A DNA stretch of 64,000 nt from NCBI GenBank assembly GCA_964016885.1, contig OZ024760.1:124001-188000 (forward strand). Direction: 5' to 3'. A program made the translations under genes and the position numbers. This DNA comes from Eledone cirrhosa (taxonomy: Eukaryota). The number at the start of each line of letters is the position of its first letter. Positions within the stretch are counted from its first letter, which is position 1. The notes under the pieces were generated by a model. The model was not told the origin of the DNA, searched no databases, and saw nothing but the letters and a program-made list of their open reading frames with translations. Below, piece by piece: positions 11,192 to 24,350 of the stretch.

Positions 11192-12034
11192 ATTTTAGTT
11201 TTGCAAGGTTTTTGATATGAAATCGTGTGTCGAAACAAATATTGTTATACTTGGGGAGGGTCATATTTGTGTAATATTGCCAGAATTAATAACAGAACAC
11301 ACTAACTGTTTGGTTGGTTTTTGCTTTTCGCTTCTGTGTCTTTTATATCGGTAATCTAATTTATTCGGTCCTCAATGTTGCCATTGACTGACCAACGGTC
11401 AAAAATAATACAGATACAATATAGACACAGACACATATATATAGTTTATCAAAGTTCTTTCGTTGCACATCTGCAACATCGTCAGTGGTGCTATTGTTTC
11501 CTCCCATTGCATTGTATTTTCTCCGCCATCTTTATTTAGTCTGTTTATATATTTATTTATTTGTTTATTTTATTTTGTCTTCTTTGCGCATGCGTTTGCG
11601 TGTGTGTATAGTGTTTTGTTTGATGTGTGTTCGTGATTGGGTGACTGTGTATTGGTTAATGTATTCTATCTTTACTAGTGTGTGTTTATATGTATTTGTT
11701 GTTATTGTGCTTGTGTATGTATTTATTTATTTATTTATTTATCTATTTATTTATTTATACTTCTCTTAGGTCAGTGTTGTTTGTTTGGGTGTTGTTGTTA
11801 TTCCATTCATTCTTTCTGTTTAGCCTTGGCCTTCTAAGTTCTATTTCACTGGCCTCTCTGATTTGCCTATCTGCTTGGTCATTTCTATGTTTAGATATTA
11901 TTCTAATTTCTATGTTGTCTGGCATGTTCGTATAGTACTGAAAAGCGAGAAGCGAAAACCAACCAAACAGTGAGTGTGTTCTGTTATTAATTCTGGCAAT
12001 ATTACACAAATATGACCCTCCCCAAGTATAACAA
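11192..12034 (-). mobile_element. PLE remnant: GIY-YIG C-terminus plus 3' UTR, bracketed by inverted ~95-bp pLTR copies
   Basis: Minus frame IRIISKHRNDQADRQIREASEIELRRPRLNRKNEW resembles a PLE endonuclease end. Inverted repeats at 11242-11333 and 11941-12034. Confidence 0.6.
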
Positions 12035-13308
12035 TATATATATATATATATCATCATCATCATCATTATCATTACTGTTTAGTGTCCATTTTTCTGTGCT
12101 TACATGTGTTAGATGGGTCGTCCACGCTGGGAGGCAAGTCTGGCCAGAGTTAGCCATGCTGTACATTGTTCCAACAAGGACTGTAAATTTGGTCGGGTAT
12201 TTTACAGTTGGATGCCCTTCCTAACACCAACTACATTTACAGTGTGGAACTAGATGACTCCATTGTGAGGAGGGACAACATTACAACTAATAATTAAGGA
12301 CAAGATAAAGACATACAGAGACACACAAGAACCAAACTTTTAAATCAAACCAGATACACACAGATAGAACAAGCAACCAACTAGTAACAAGTAAATGAAC
12401 TCATAAATAAATACACACATGCACACACCCGGATATATTGCATGCACAAACCAAATACACAGCAAGCAACACACTAAAGTAACAAAGGAGAGACACAAAA
12501 TAACAAAGGTAGTCAATGAGAAGGTCACAGTGTGTGACGCATGAGCTTTGACAATAAATAAACAACCATTCAGTTATTGAACCAACCAACTGGAAATTTG
12601 TAATAAATTAAAGTGAAAACCAACAGGTGAATGTTATTTTATTGGCAGCCAGACCTCCCAAAGTGTAACAATATATGTTTCAATATGTTTTCAGATAATA
12701 AATCTTGCAAAACAAATTCAAAATGGCCGGAGCTCAGCTGTCAGAATTTATAACACATAACAAAGATGTTTCACATAAAATCAGGATTCGATCCTGATTT
12801 TATGTGCAACACCTTTGATAAGTTATGTTCCAACCATCAGCTTAATGTCAAAGTTAGTTATTATTTTTAATCCTCCAAATTCGTGATTATTTTTATTATA
12901 GTATTTTATTAGAGATATGGTAATGTATGGATGAGGCTGTAAAAAATGTAAAGAATGTGAAGAATTGGGTGCCCTTTAAGATATGGTATGTGAAGGCGCA
13001 TGGCTTAGTGGTTAGAGAATTGGATTCACAATCATGAGATTGCAGTTCGATTCCCGGACTAAGCGATGCATTATGTCCTTGAGCAAGACACTTTATTTCA
13101 TATTATTCTTTCTGCCAGGAGTTGTGACATGTAGATAGTGTCAGCAATGGTACTTTATTTATTGATCTAAATATGCACAATAACTATAAGCTTTGTACAA
13201 ATACTATGTCTAATAGTCCCAACAATAAGTGCAGTGATGCACACAGCATATATGACAAAGCATTATGTTTGAATAAAACATACGTTATTTTTAAAATAGT
13301 GAGGCTCT

Positions 13309-13510
13309 TTCTTCTTCTTCTTCTTCTTCTTCTTCTTCTTCTTCTTCTTCTTCTTCTTCTTCTTCTTCTTCTTCTTCTTCTCTCACTTATTCCTAAGAGA
13401 GTCGTAGGGGCAGAGTCCTCAAACACTTCATCCAGTGGGTCATGTTAGAAGCAACTATCTCCAACTGATCTGACCAAGCTCATGGATGTTATCCAGTCTC
13501 AGTGGCCTAG
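13309..13510 (-). mobile_element. 3' end of an old RTE-like LINE with (GAA)n tail
   Basis: (CTT)n tract preceded on the minus strand by QLEIVASNMTHW..., similar to RTE C-termini. Confidence 0.45.
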
Positions 13511-13647
13511 CGTATCAACATGGCATGGCTTCCCAAAGTAGCGAATATCGACTTTTAAGGTTTTACATGTGACGACATTCGAAATGAAAAAGAAACACAA
13601 GATAATATTAGTGACCCTTCCCTACGAGTGTCGACAAATGCCCAAAA

Positions 13648-16600
13648 CTCCGAGTTGGTACCATCAATGTAAGCAAAATGAAAGGAAGAGCAGGAGAAAT
13701 CGTAGAAATGCTAGAGCGAAAGGAAATTGATGTATGCTGTGTGCAAGAGACTAGATGGAGAGGAGAGTCTGCTAGAGTCCTTGTAGCAAAAAGTCAGTGC
13801 TACAAATTTTTCTGGGTGGGAAATGACAATGGGATGGGTGGTGTAGGTATGCTACTAGCTGACAAGTGGGTAGATAAAGTAATCTCAGTGTACAGGGTAA
13901 ATGCAAGAATCATTAAACTCAGACTAGTCCTGAATAAAACAATTACCACAATAATATCAGCTTACGCACCCCAATCGGGGTTGCCAGACGAACTTAAGGA
14001 TAGTTTTTACGAGTCCCTAATGCACACTACTGCTCTAACAAACGACAATGACTTCCTAATCATCGCAGGAGATTTTAACGGACACGTAGGTAAACACTGC
14101 GACGGCTTCAAGAGAGTCCATAGAGGCCATGGGGTTGGCGCAAGAGATGAGGACGTATTCAGACTTCTAGAATTCTGCGACGCCAATGACATGTCGATAT
14201 GTAACACAAACTTCAAAAAATCCGACAACCACCTGATCACCTATAGATCAGGGGAGCATTCTAGTCAGATAGATTTTATCCTCATCAGAGGACGTGACAG
14301 ATGGATGGTCGTAAACACAAAAGCCTTCCCTAGTGAGGAATGTACATCCCAACATAGCTTAGTTGTCAGCGACCTCACAGTCAGAACTAGACGAACCTGG
14401 AAACAGAGGCCAACCTGGAGAAGAAAGATCTGGAAGCTGAAAGACCCCTCAACCAGTAACAGATTTAAAGATATTTTACTCAACGCCTACGACAGTAAAG
14501 AAGAACAGATAGAGACATTCAATGTAGAAGAGAACTGGGAGTTCCTAAAAAATAACTTACGAGAGGCGACGGATGAGGTCTGTGGCTGGAGTAAAACCAC
14601 AAGCAGGAGGAGAGTGACTTGGTGGTGGAACAATAAGGTAGATGAGGCAGTTAAGGCCAAGAGATAGGCATGGAAAGAATGGAAGAACGGGGAGAGCAGG
14701 GTACATTACATAGAGACCAAGAGGGAAGCTAGGCGACAAGTATACTTAGCTAGGAGGGAAGCAGAGGATAGAAAATTCAAGCATGTTTTGCAACGTGAGG
14801 ACCAGAAACAGGAGGTGTTCAAGATTGCGAGGCAATGTGTCAGAGAGAATTGTGATGTCATTGGAGAGAAGTGTATCCGGAATGATAAAGGTGAGCTTGC
14901 CCTCACAAGTGCTGAGAAGAAAGATGCATGGAAGAGTCATTATGATAGATTACTAAATGAGGAGAATGCATGGGAAGAAGAGACCCTACCCCAAGTAGAC
15001 CCTATAGAGGGGCTAGCAGTACAAGTCAGCAGCAGCGTAGTAAGTAAGGCAATCAAAGATATGAAGATGGGGAAGGCAACCGGTCCATCGGGTATAGCTG
15101 CCGAGATGCTGAAGGCATCTGGGTCTGTAGGTCACACTATAACCACACGTATTGTTAACCAGCTAATACTAGAAGGTGTCATACCAAAAGATTGGTGCAG
15201 TAGCATCATTGTCAACTGCTACAAAGGTAAAGGTGATGCACTAGATAGAGGAAACTATAGAGGTATAAAGCTGATGGACTAGGTCATGAAAGTAACAGAA
15301 AGAGTTATAGCACAGTTGATTAGGGACCGGGTGAAACTAGACGAGATGCAATTTGGGTTTGTACCAGGAAGAGGCACCACTGATGCCCTCTTCCTTGTCA
15401 GGCAATTACAGGAAAACTACCTAGCTAAAAGTAAGCCACTCTACCTGGCATTTGTCGATCTTGAGAAAGCCTTTGACAGAGTTCCACGTGCTGTAATCTG
15501 GTGGGCTCTTAGAAAACTAGGAGTAGATGAATGGCTTGTGAAAGCGGTACAAGCCATGTATAGGGGAGCAGTCAGCAAAGTTAGGATTACCAATGAGTAT
15601 AGCGAGGAATTTAGCGTACAGGTTGGGGTCCACCAGGGCTCTGTTCTTAGCCCCCTCCTGTTCATCATAGTCCTGCAGGCAATAACAGAGGAGTTTAAGA
15701 CCGGATGCCCATGGGAACTCCTGTATGCTGATGACCTCGCACTTATAGCTGAATCTATGGTAGAACTAGAGAAGAAATTCCAAACTTGGAAGCAGGAACT
15801 AGAAAGAAAGGGTCTCAAAGTCAACATGACAAAGACTAAGGTCCTTGTAAGTAGACGAGAAAACAGAACCCAGATCCCCTCAGGGAAATGGCCTTGCTCA
15901 GTATGTAGGAAAGGTGTAGGTAGGAACTCCATTCTCTGCCCCAAATGCAAACAATGGGTACACAAGAGATGTAGCGGGATCTCAGGAAGCTTAATTAAGA
16001 ATGTAGGCTTCACATGCATCAGCTGTGCTGGGACAGCAAGCAGCAAACAGCCACAGGAAACAAGTACCACCAATCTCTGGGAGGGCTCTGTAGAAACAGT
16101 AGACAGCTTCTGCTACCTAGGTGACCGAATTAGCAGCGGAGGTGGGTGTTCAGAAAGTACAATAACTAGGGTAAGAATGGGATGGAAGAAGTTTAGGGAA
16201 CTACTACCACTGCTAGCTGCAAAAGGCTTCTCCCTCAAAATGAAAGGCAGACTGTATGATGCGTGTATCCGAACAGCGATGTTGCATGGTAGTGAGACCT
16301 GGGCGCTGAAGGTGGAAGACTTACGTAGATTAGAGAGAAACGAAGCCTGCATGCTCCGATGGATGTGTAATAGTAATATACGCGAACGACAAAGCATAAA
16401 TGAATTGAGAGAGAGACTGAGCATAAGAGGAATCAAATGCTGTGTGCAGGAGAGGCGGTTGCGTTGGTATGGACATGTGATGCGTATGAAAGATGACAGC
16501 TGTATAAAAAGGTGCAGAGCACTAGAAGTCGATGGACACCGCGGAGAGGGGAGACCCAAGATGACCTGGGATGAGGTGATAAAAGCCGACCTTACCCAAT

Positions 16601-16689
16601 TACACCTCTCAAAGGCAATGACACACGACCGTGACCTCTGGCGTCACGCAGTAATACAGAGTACCCGACCTCCCATGGGTACAAGCTGA
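13648..16689 (+). pseudogene. RTE ORF: APE endonuclease + reverse transcriptase with an internal PHD finger; two premature TAG stops, no frameshift
   Basis: APE motifs LRVGTINV, VQETRW, GDFNGHVG, QIDFIL, SQH. RT motifs NYRGIKL, QFGF, FVDLEKAFD, GVHQGSVLSPLLF, LYADD, YLG, RLRWYGHV. ORFs at 13678, 14788 and 15286 share one frame; stops at 14665 and 15280. Confidence 0.95.
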
Positions 16690-16939
16690 AGCATATAGAC
16701 AATATGCCCCCACACCCCCCACTGCAAGGTGGACGTGTAGGCGCCACGAAAAAGCACCCAGCACTCACTGTAAATGAGGTTGGTGTTAGGAAGGGCATCC
16801 AGCTGTAGAAATCAAGCCAAATCAGTTCCTGTATGAGCAAGGCATGGTCAGGCGACCAGACACTGCCCACAACAGGACAACCCATGCTAGCGTGGAAGAA
16901 CAGACGTAAAACGGTGATGATGATGATGATGATGATGAT
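13648..16939 (+). mobile_element. Near full-length RTE-clade LINE (5' boundary uncertain)
   Basis: Single APE-RT frame, 3' UTR and (GAT)n tail. Confidence 0.93.
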
Positions 16940-17599
16940 TTATCTTCAAATGAATCAGATGTATTTATTTCTGACGATGATAGTTACTTTGAAAGTGAAA
17001 GCGAAGATCTGACGGACACCATTGAAAATATTACAGCAACGTGGTTGAAAGATACAACACCAATACATGTTCACACCTATTTCCAAATTCTTCTGCATGA
17101 CCAACCACCTTTAACTTGAAAACTGTTTGATAATTTTTTCTCTTACCGGAATTCATATTTCTCAGTGAATTATAAACAAAATTTCAACTATCAACTTTTC
17201 TCACTTGCTACTTTTGAAAAGAAACGCCATGTGCAATAATCTGTTTCCTGTTAAAGTAAATATGTCACAATATGTGTTCATAGCAATGCTAAGACAATGA
17301 AATCACATTTTAAATACCGGGTATGCATTTCTATGGATTTTAATGACGGATGGTTCGGTCAGATAGAAAAAAACGTAAACACTACGAAGTTTTAGTAAAA
17401 AATTTAAAATCAAGAAATATATGTATAAGAAGGTAGATATATGAAATTATTATGTTAAATAATAAAAAATATTAACAAAGTTATTTTTATAAATACCCAT
17501 CGTTGATTAAGTCTATGAAACATCATTGGTCAGTCTGATGTCGATCGGATAGGTCGCACCCCAAAAATTTATACTTATTTATCGTTAAAAAAGTGCAAC

Positions 17600-17940
17600 C
17601 TATACGCGAGTATATACGGTACCCATCGCTCCTGGTGGAATTGTAGGGGTTCTGTAGTGAGATATTATATTTTGGGGGCATTTTTTAAAACCTGGTTGTG
17701 CCCATCTCCTCTCCAGGTCTGAACACAGCTTATTTCTTCCCGAGATAGAGAGGAAGAGAAAGTGTGATAAAGAGGAAGTGTGAAAGATATATAGAGGAAG
17801 AAGCGACCCAATGCTAGACTGGAACTTTTTTTTTATTAACTTGAAAGGATGAAAGGCAAAGTTAATCTTGGCAGGATTGAACTCGGGATTGGAATGAATA
17901 CCACAAAGCATTCTATCTAATGTTCTTATGACTCTGCCAA
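17600..17940 (-). mobile_element. SINE with Meta-type head and a different RTE-like tail (second copy 22925-23236)
   Basis: GAGTTCAA..AACTTTGCCTTTCATCC head followed by a body shared between the two copies. Confidence 0.6.
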
Positions 17941-18355
17941 ATAAACATTCCAAATACTGTAAATTGTCATCATCATCTTCATCATTACTGTTTAGCGTTT
18001 ATTTTTCATGCTTGCATGGGTCAGATGGCTGTCATATATTAAGACCAGACTGGTCAGGTGACTAGATCTTGCTTGTGTACTTTATTTTGGCTTGGTTTCT
18101 ATGGCAGGATGCTCTTCCTAACACCAACCACTTCACAGCATATAAATATGCATTATAGATATTGTAACTAAATACTTTAAATGTGGTTGGCATTAGGAAG
18201 GGCATCCAGCCATAAAAACCTGCCAGAAACAGTTCTATACGAGCGAGACACGGTCATCCGACCAATCTTGCCTCAAGTGGGTCAAACCCATCCAACCCAT
18301 GCTAGTTTGGAAGATGGACGTTAAACGATGATGATGACGATTCTAAATAAACACC

Positions 18356-18583
18356 TTAACCCTTTAGCATTTAAACCGGCCATATCCGGCAAGGATTCTA
18401 TCACCTTTTTCTGTTCAAACCGGTTGTAACTTGCCACTCATACTAATGTTAAGGTATTGTTCTCAAAATAAATAACATCAAAATCTCATAGATTTGATAT
18501 TATGTGAGATATTATGTGGGATAAAGCATTTACTGTGAAAATACAATAGTATATATAGAGTAATGTGAATGCTAAAGAGTTAA
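18356..18583. mobile_element. ~225-bp piggyBac-like MITE (copies also at 18933-19149, 19900-20364, 22085-22302, 34349-35162, 44069-44297, 46151-46379, 56343-56570)
   Basis: TTAA target site with TIRs CCCTTTAGCATT / AATGCTAAAGGG and a conserved interior. Confidence 0.85.
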
Positions 18584-19936
18584 ATATTGTATATAAAGTT
18601 CACAATATGTATAAGAGGATAGTGCTTGTTCCATAAAAAATGCACCCAGTCCACTCTGTAAAGTAGTCATGCTGGTGCCACAAAGAAAGCTCCCAGTACA
18701 CACTGTAAGGCAGTACTGCTAGTGCCATGACAAAAAGCATCCAGTTGACCCTGTAAGATGGTGCCACAATAAAAGGCCCAGAATACACTGTAAGATGGTT
18801 GGTGTTTGGAAGGGCATCAATTCATAGAAAACCAAACCAAAAACAGAATGTATGAGCAAAACTTGGACATCTGTCCTGTCTGGCCTTATAATGTGACAGC
18901 TGGTCAAACTCATGCAAGTATGGAAAAACACATTAAGCCTTTAGCATTACTCTATATATACTATTGTATTTTCATGGTAAATGCTTTATCTCACATAATT
19001 ATCTTACATAATATCGAATCTATGAAATTTCAATGTTATTTATTTTGAGAACAATACCTTAATATCAGTATGAGTGGACATTTACAGCCGGTTTGAACAG
19101 AAAGAGGTGAGAGAATTCTGGCTGGATATTGCCGGTTTAAAAGGGTTAAATGGAGATGATGATGATGACAATAATGATAGAGGCATATATGAACACATAT
19201 GCAATAAATTTGTGTATAATAAACATACATTAGTCTTACTGTGAGTATTTTAAGTAATGATGATGACAATGGTGATGATGATGATGATGTGGAGGAGGAG
19301 GGTGGGTGGGGTGAGAAGAAGGAGATGGTGGTGGATGTGGAGTAGGACAGGAGGGGGGGGTGATGAGAAGGAGGTGGATGTGAAGGAGGACAAGAGGGTG
19401 AGGAGAAAGAGGTGGTGGTGGTGGTGGTGGTGATGATGAGGTGGCCGTGGAGGATAAGGGGGTGGGGTGAGGGGAAGGAGACAGTGGTGATGGTAGTGGT
19501 GGTGGTGGTGGTGGTGGTGAGGTGGACATGGAGGAGGACAAGAGGGTAGGGTGAGGAGGTGGTGGTGGTGATGATGAGGACAAGAGCGTGAGGTAAGGAG
19601 ACAGACAGTAGTGATGGTAGTGGTGGTGATGGTGGTGGTGGTGATGATGAGGAGGTGGATATGGAGGAGGACAAGAGGGTGAGATGGAGGAGGAGATGGT
19701 GGTGGTGATGGCAGTGCTTTTTTTTTCTCTTGAGGAGTGGAACTAGTAATAATAGCAGCCACAACAAAATCTAATGATTACAGGTTAAAAGTAAGCGACC
19801 CCAATCCTCCTCCCTACCTTACTTTCTGAAGCAAGGTGAAAGCCAACTGAATGATACAGACGACAGTTGAGCAGCAAAAACAAAATGGAGATTCGATGAT
19901 TAACCCTTTAGCATTTACATTATTCTATATTTATTT

Positions 19937-20158
19937 GGGGCGGTTGATTGGTAGTATCGGTAGAGGGTCGGACTCCATGCTTTGAGGCATAGCGTTACGG
20001 CCCTTTATGATCTGAGTTCAAATCCCGCCGAGGTTAACTTTGCCTTTCATCCTTATGGGGTCGATAAAATAAAGTACCAGTAATGCACTTGGGTTGATTT
20101 AATCGACTTTCCCCTCCCCCCAAATTGCTGTCCTTGTGCCTATATAAGAAACCATTAT
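19937..20158 (+). mobile_element. tRNA-derived Meta-domain-like SINE inserted in a piggyBac-like MITE (copies also ~22586-22768, 23415-23532, 27372-27502, 32235-32795, 54275-54512, 54815-54998, 55845-56262 x3, 58420-58610, 63677-63870)
   Basis: A/B boxes and TTTGCCTTTCATCCTTA.GGGGTCGATAAAATAAAGTACCAG. Target-site duplication (TSD) CATTATTCTATATTTA. Confidence 0.8.
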
Positions 20159-21177
20159 TCTATATTTACTATTGTATTTTCACAGTAAAGACTTTACCTC
20201 ACACAATTATCTCACATAATATCAAATCTATTGAGATTTTGATGTTATTTATTTTGAGAAGAATACCTTAATGTAGGTATGAGCAGCCAGTTACAGCTGG
20301 TTTGAACAAAAAGAGGTGAGACAGTTCTGGCTGGATACAGCTGGTTTAAATGCTAAAGGGTTAAACAAATAAAAAGATAAATTAAATATAAAGGGTGACC
20401 GCCTTTCTAAGTAATCTTTAGTTAATCACAGTCAGTGTACTAATGGTCCACCTCTGAGTTAAATACTTTACAATGTTTCCAAGAATGTAAGCAGAGGACT
20501 TGCCTAAGGGTTTCGTGTTTGGGACGAGATGTCACGTTTTACAGTATATGTTGTGTTTGCGGATTTTGTTTATCTATGTATGTTTCTATTGAATGGATGG
20601 GAGAAAGCATGAGTGTATGTCTGTGTGTGCATGTGTGCGTTTGAGAGAATGTGAATACATATTTGTGGGATAGTGTGCGTATGTATATGTGTGCGTATGT
20701 ATATGTTTGAAAGAACAGGTGTATGTTTTGTATGAATGTGTGTGTGTGTGTGAGTGTACGCTTAAGAGAATGTGCGTGCTTCAGAGAACATGTGTATACA
20801 TTTTTGTGTGAGTGTTTGTGTGTGTGTACATTGTACATTTTTGTGTGAGTGTTTGTGTGTGTGTACATTGTACATTTTTGTGTGAGTGTTTGTGTGTGTG
20901 TAATGAAGTGCATTGTTAGATGTGGTTGTGAAGTTCTCTTTTCTCGTTTCATTTGTATGACATAAAAGAAACTTGAAAACATTGATTGAGATTATCAGAA
21001 TTTCAGACATGACATCTCTCAATTTGTCCTACACTTTGAATCTAAAATATATACACAGTAGTTGTCTGATATTGGTGGGGTGGGTGGGGGGTTACATTCC
21101 TGGAGCACCCCTGAAGTGTGGTAAACCGCAAATATTGGGCATGGTTTATAAAAATGCCTATAAACGTCAAAATATAA

Positions 21178-21561
21178 TCATCATCATCATCATCATCATT
21201 TTACGTCCGCTTTTCCCTGCTTGCAAAGGTGAGACGGGAACTGATTCTGGCTTGATTTCTACAGCTGGATGCCCTTCCTAACACCAACCTTATTTACAGT
21301 GAGTGCTGGGTGCTTTTTTTCCATGACGCCTACACGTCCATTTTACAGTGTGGGCTGGGTGATTTTTTGTTGCGGCACCTCCACGACCACTTTGCAGTGG
21401 AATGATAGGGACCCCAGTCCCTATCATCTCATTTCTACAGCTGAGTAAACTGGAGCAATGTGAAATAAAGTGTCTTGCTCAAGGAAACAACCCATCACCC
21501 AGTCTGAGAATTGAACTCACTACCTTTCGATTGCAAGGCCAATGCTCTAACCACTAAGCCA
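21178..21561 (-). mobile_element. CORE-type SINE (copies also 29661-30000, 47210-47544, 59162-59503; partial + copy 34825-35000)
   Basis: Head TGGCTTAGTGGTTAGAGC, CORE-like block, RTE-related tail. Confidence 0.85.
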
Positions 21562-24350
21562 TAATGTAAAAGAGGGGAGCATCTTATGCAAAGGGGCATC
21601 CAATAGGTCGGCAAATACAGTATATTATTAATAATTTAGAATTAAAAAATATATATCGCCACAAAAAAAGCCATTTAAAAAATCACAGAAGATATTTACG
21701 ATTCCCCAAATATGCAGTGGTTTCCACAAACAGTTATTAGTTAGGTTCTAAGGAAAATTCCGTGAATAACTGGGACTGTGAATGCCGGGATTGCGGATGC
21801 TAGGAGTACACTGTATATATATTTTTTTTAATTTATTTTTATATTTTATTATTTTTGTTTGTTAAATTTTTTGAAAAACTTAATTTTAACCCTTTTTTTT
21901 CCTCGAAAATAACATGGCTGAATTCATAAGGTTGGGGATTATCTTATATATATATATATCTTATATATATATATATATATATCCACACTGTAGGGTGGTG
22001 GTGTAGGTGTTATGATAAAAAGTGCCCAGTCCACATTATAAAGTGGTCATGTAGGTGAGAGAATTCTGGCTGGATACGACTGGTTTAACCCTTTAGCATT
22101 TAAACCGGCTGTGTCTGGCTAGAATTCTCTCACCTCTTTCTGTTCAAACTGGCTGTAACTGGCCACTCATATGGACGTTAAGGTATTGTTCTCAAAATAA
22201 ATAATATCAAAATCTCATAGATTCAATATTATGTGAGATAAAGTTTTTACCACAAAAATACAATAATATATATATAGAGTAATGTAAATGCTAAAGGGTT
22301 AAATATAATATTCAGCCTCAAAATCTATAACTGAAAAAATTCCATAGATGAAGATAGAGAAGTTGCAACAAAAACAGACTTTCCAGTTCTAGAATTATAG
22401 GAATAAGGAATTAACCATTCTTCAAACCTTCCTAAGATAGTTTGGTTGCTATACACAAATCAAAGAAGCTTTTGAAAATTGAGTTGTGATGTATACTATT
22501 GCTTCTTAGCACCAAGTCGGTCTTGATCGAGTAGACCTATTATCAAAGTCTTTCCAACCATGATCATCCCATCCAGTTTTTGATAATTGTTTCTACTTTT
22601 GGCACAAGGCCAGCAATTACCCAGTTCATTATTGGTACTTTATCTTATCGACCTGGTAAGGATGAAAGGCAAAGTTAAACTCGACGGGATTTGAACTCAG
22701 ACCGTAAAGGGACGTAACTATGCTGGAAAGCATGGCGTCTGACCCTCTACTGATACTGCCAATTCACCATCCAGTTTTTGATAATGTATCTCAGACTACA
22801 TTGTTCAATGTTTTTTTTTATTTTTTATTTTAATTTTTTTTTAGAAATATTTGGCTGCTATTTCTAACTGGCTGAGTAACTACATAGAGGCTTGGTCATT
22901 GTTGCAATAATTATTTTATGCATGCATGGTCTGTAACTCCTGGGGGTGCCATGGGGGTGCCGTGTAAGCATACAGCATTTCTAAGGCATTTTTTAAACCT
23001 GGCAGAGCTCATCTCCTCTCCAGGTTTGAATACAGCAGATTCCTTCCAGAGAAGGATAGAAAGTGAGAGAGGAAGAATTGATCCCAGTACTAGAGGGGTC
23101 CTTTTTTTAGAGCTTGAATGGATGAAAGGCAAAGTTGACCGTGGAAAGATTTGAACTCAGGGAACAGAGAGACGGAATACTGCAAAGTACTCTATCTCCT
23201 CTATCTCACATTCTGACTGTGCCAATCTGCTGCCTTAATTTTTTTATACTGACAATAAAATTAGCATCCCCAAACAGTAAAAGTAACATACATCAGCTGC
23301 CAATTACTGAATCAAGCTAATAATAAAATATCTACTGTATTTCCCAGCATCAAAGACGCTACTTTTTTCCTAAAATAAGTCTCAAAAATCCACCTTGTGG
23401 CCTAGAGGCCGTATGTTGTTTAAATCCCACCGAGGTTAACTTTGCCTTTAATCCTTACAGGGTTGATAAAATAAAGTACCAGTTATGCACTGGGATAATT
23501 GCTGGCCTTGTGCCAAAAATAGAAACAATTATTTTCCTTGAGGACAGGAAATATGGTACCTTGTCGCCCAAAATGTTAAAAATAGCAACTAATTACGTGA
23601 CATTTTAAAAAACATTATATATTGGATGTGCCTAAAACAAGATAGGATAGTGAAAACATGATGTAAATCTTTGATAGAAAATGACATGGGAGACACGAAC
23701 TCGTGATGTTTGCCTGCTTCTCTCGATGCCTCTCTGAGATATATAATTTATTCTGATCTAATTTGATGAGATACAGCTAGTGTTTATATATATTGACATC
23801 ATAATTTAGCTATGTGTTTGATTGGTTTGTCAGATAGCATGCCTCACAAAACAACAGTAATTCATTAATGGATGTAACCGATATCTACTGCTATTTTTAT
23901 CATTTAACCTCAAGCAGCTCTGATTATATGTCAGATCGCTCTTCAGTGTTACTACTACTACCTGTCACATGGTCAGGTCACGAGTGACTAAACTGGGTAA
24001 CCCACAAAGCTTGCATGGTGAGGTGGGTGATTTGGGACACCCTGCAGGATGAAAAAGCAAAATTTAACAAAGGGTGGATGAACTCATAAGAGTCAACGGC
24101 CATCCAATATTGTGTACTTATGTACATACGTATATATTGTGTGAATGGGTGTGTGTGGGGGATTGTGTTTTTAACCTTTTACATTTTTTACTTTATAACT
24201 TATGTACACTCTTCCAACATGCCTCAAGCTAGCATGGAAGTAGACTCATAAAATTAACATGAGAATGTTACTTCAGAGTTTCGATGTACAGAGGAGGCTA
24301 CCTCCAGATCCTTAAAGAGGGAAAAGGAGGGCACATCAGTAGCCCTAGAC

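Noticed and set aside
21490-21561. Functional tRNA gene
   Set aside because: A/B boxes belong to a SINE head with no acceptor stem; the same applies to the other SINE heads.
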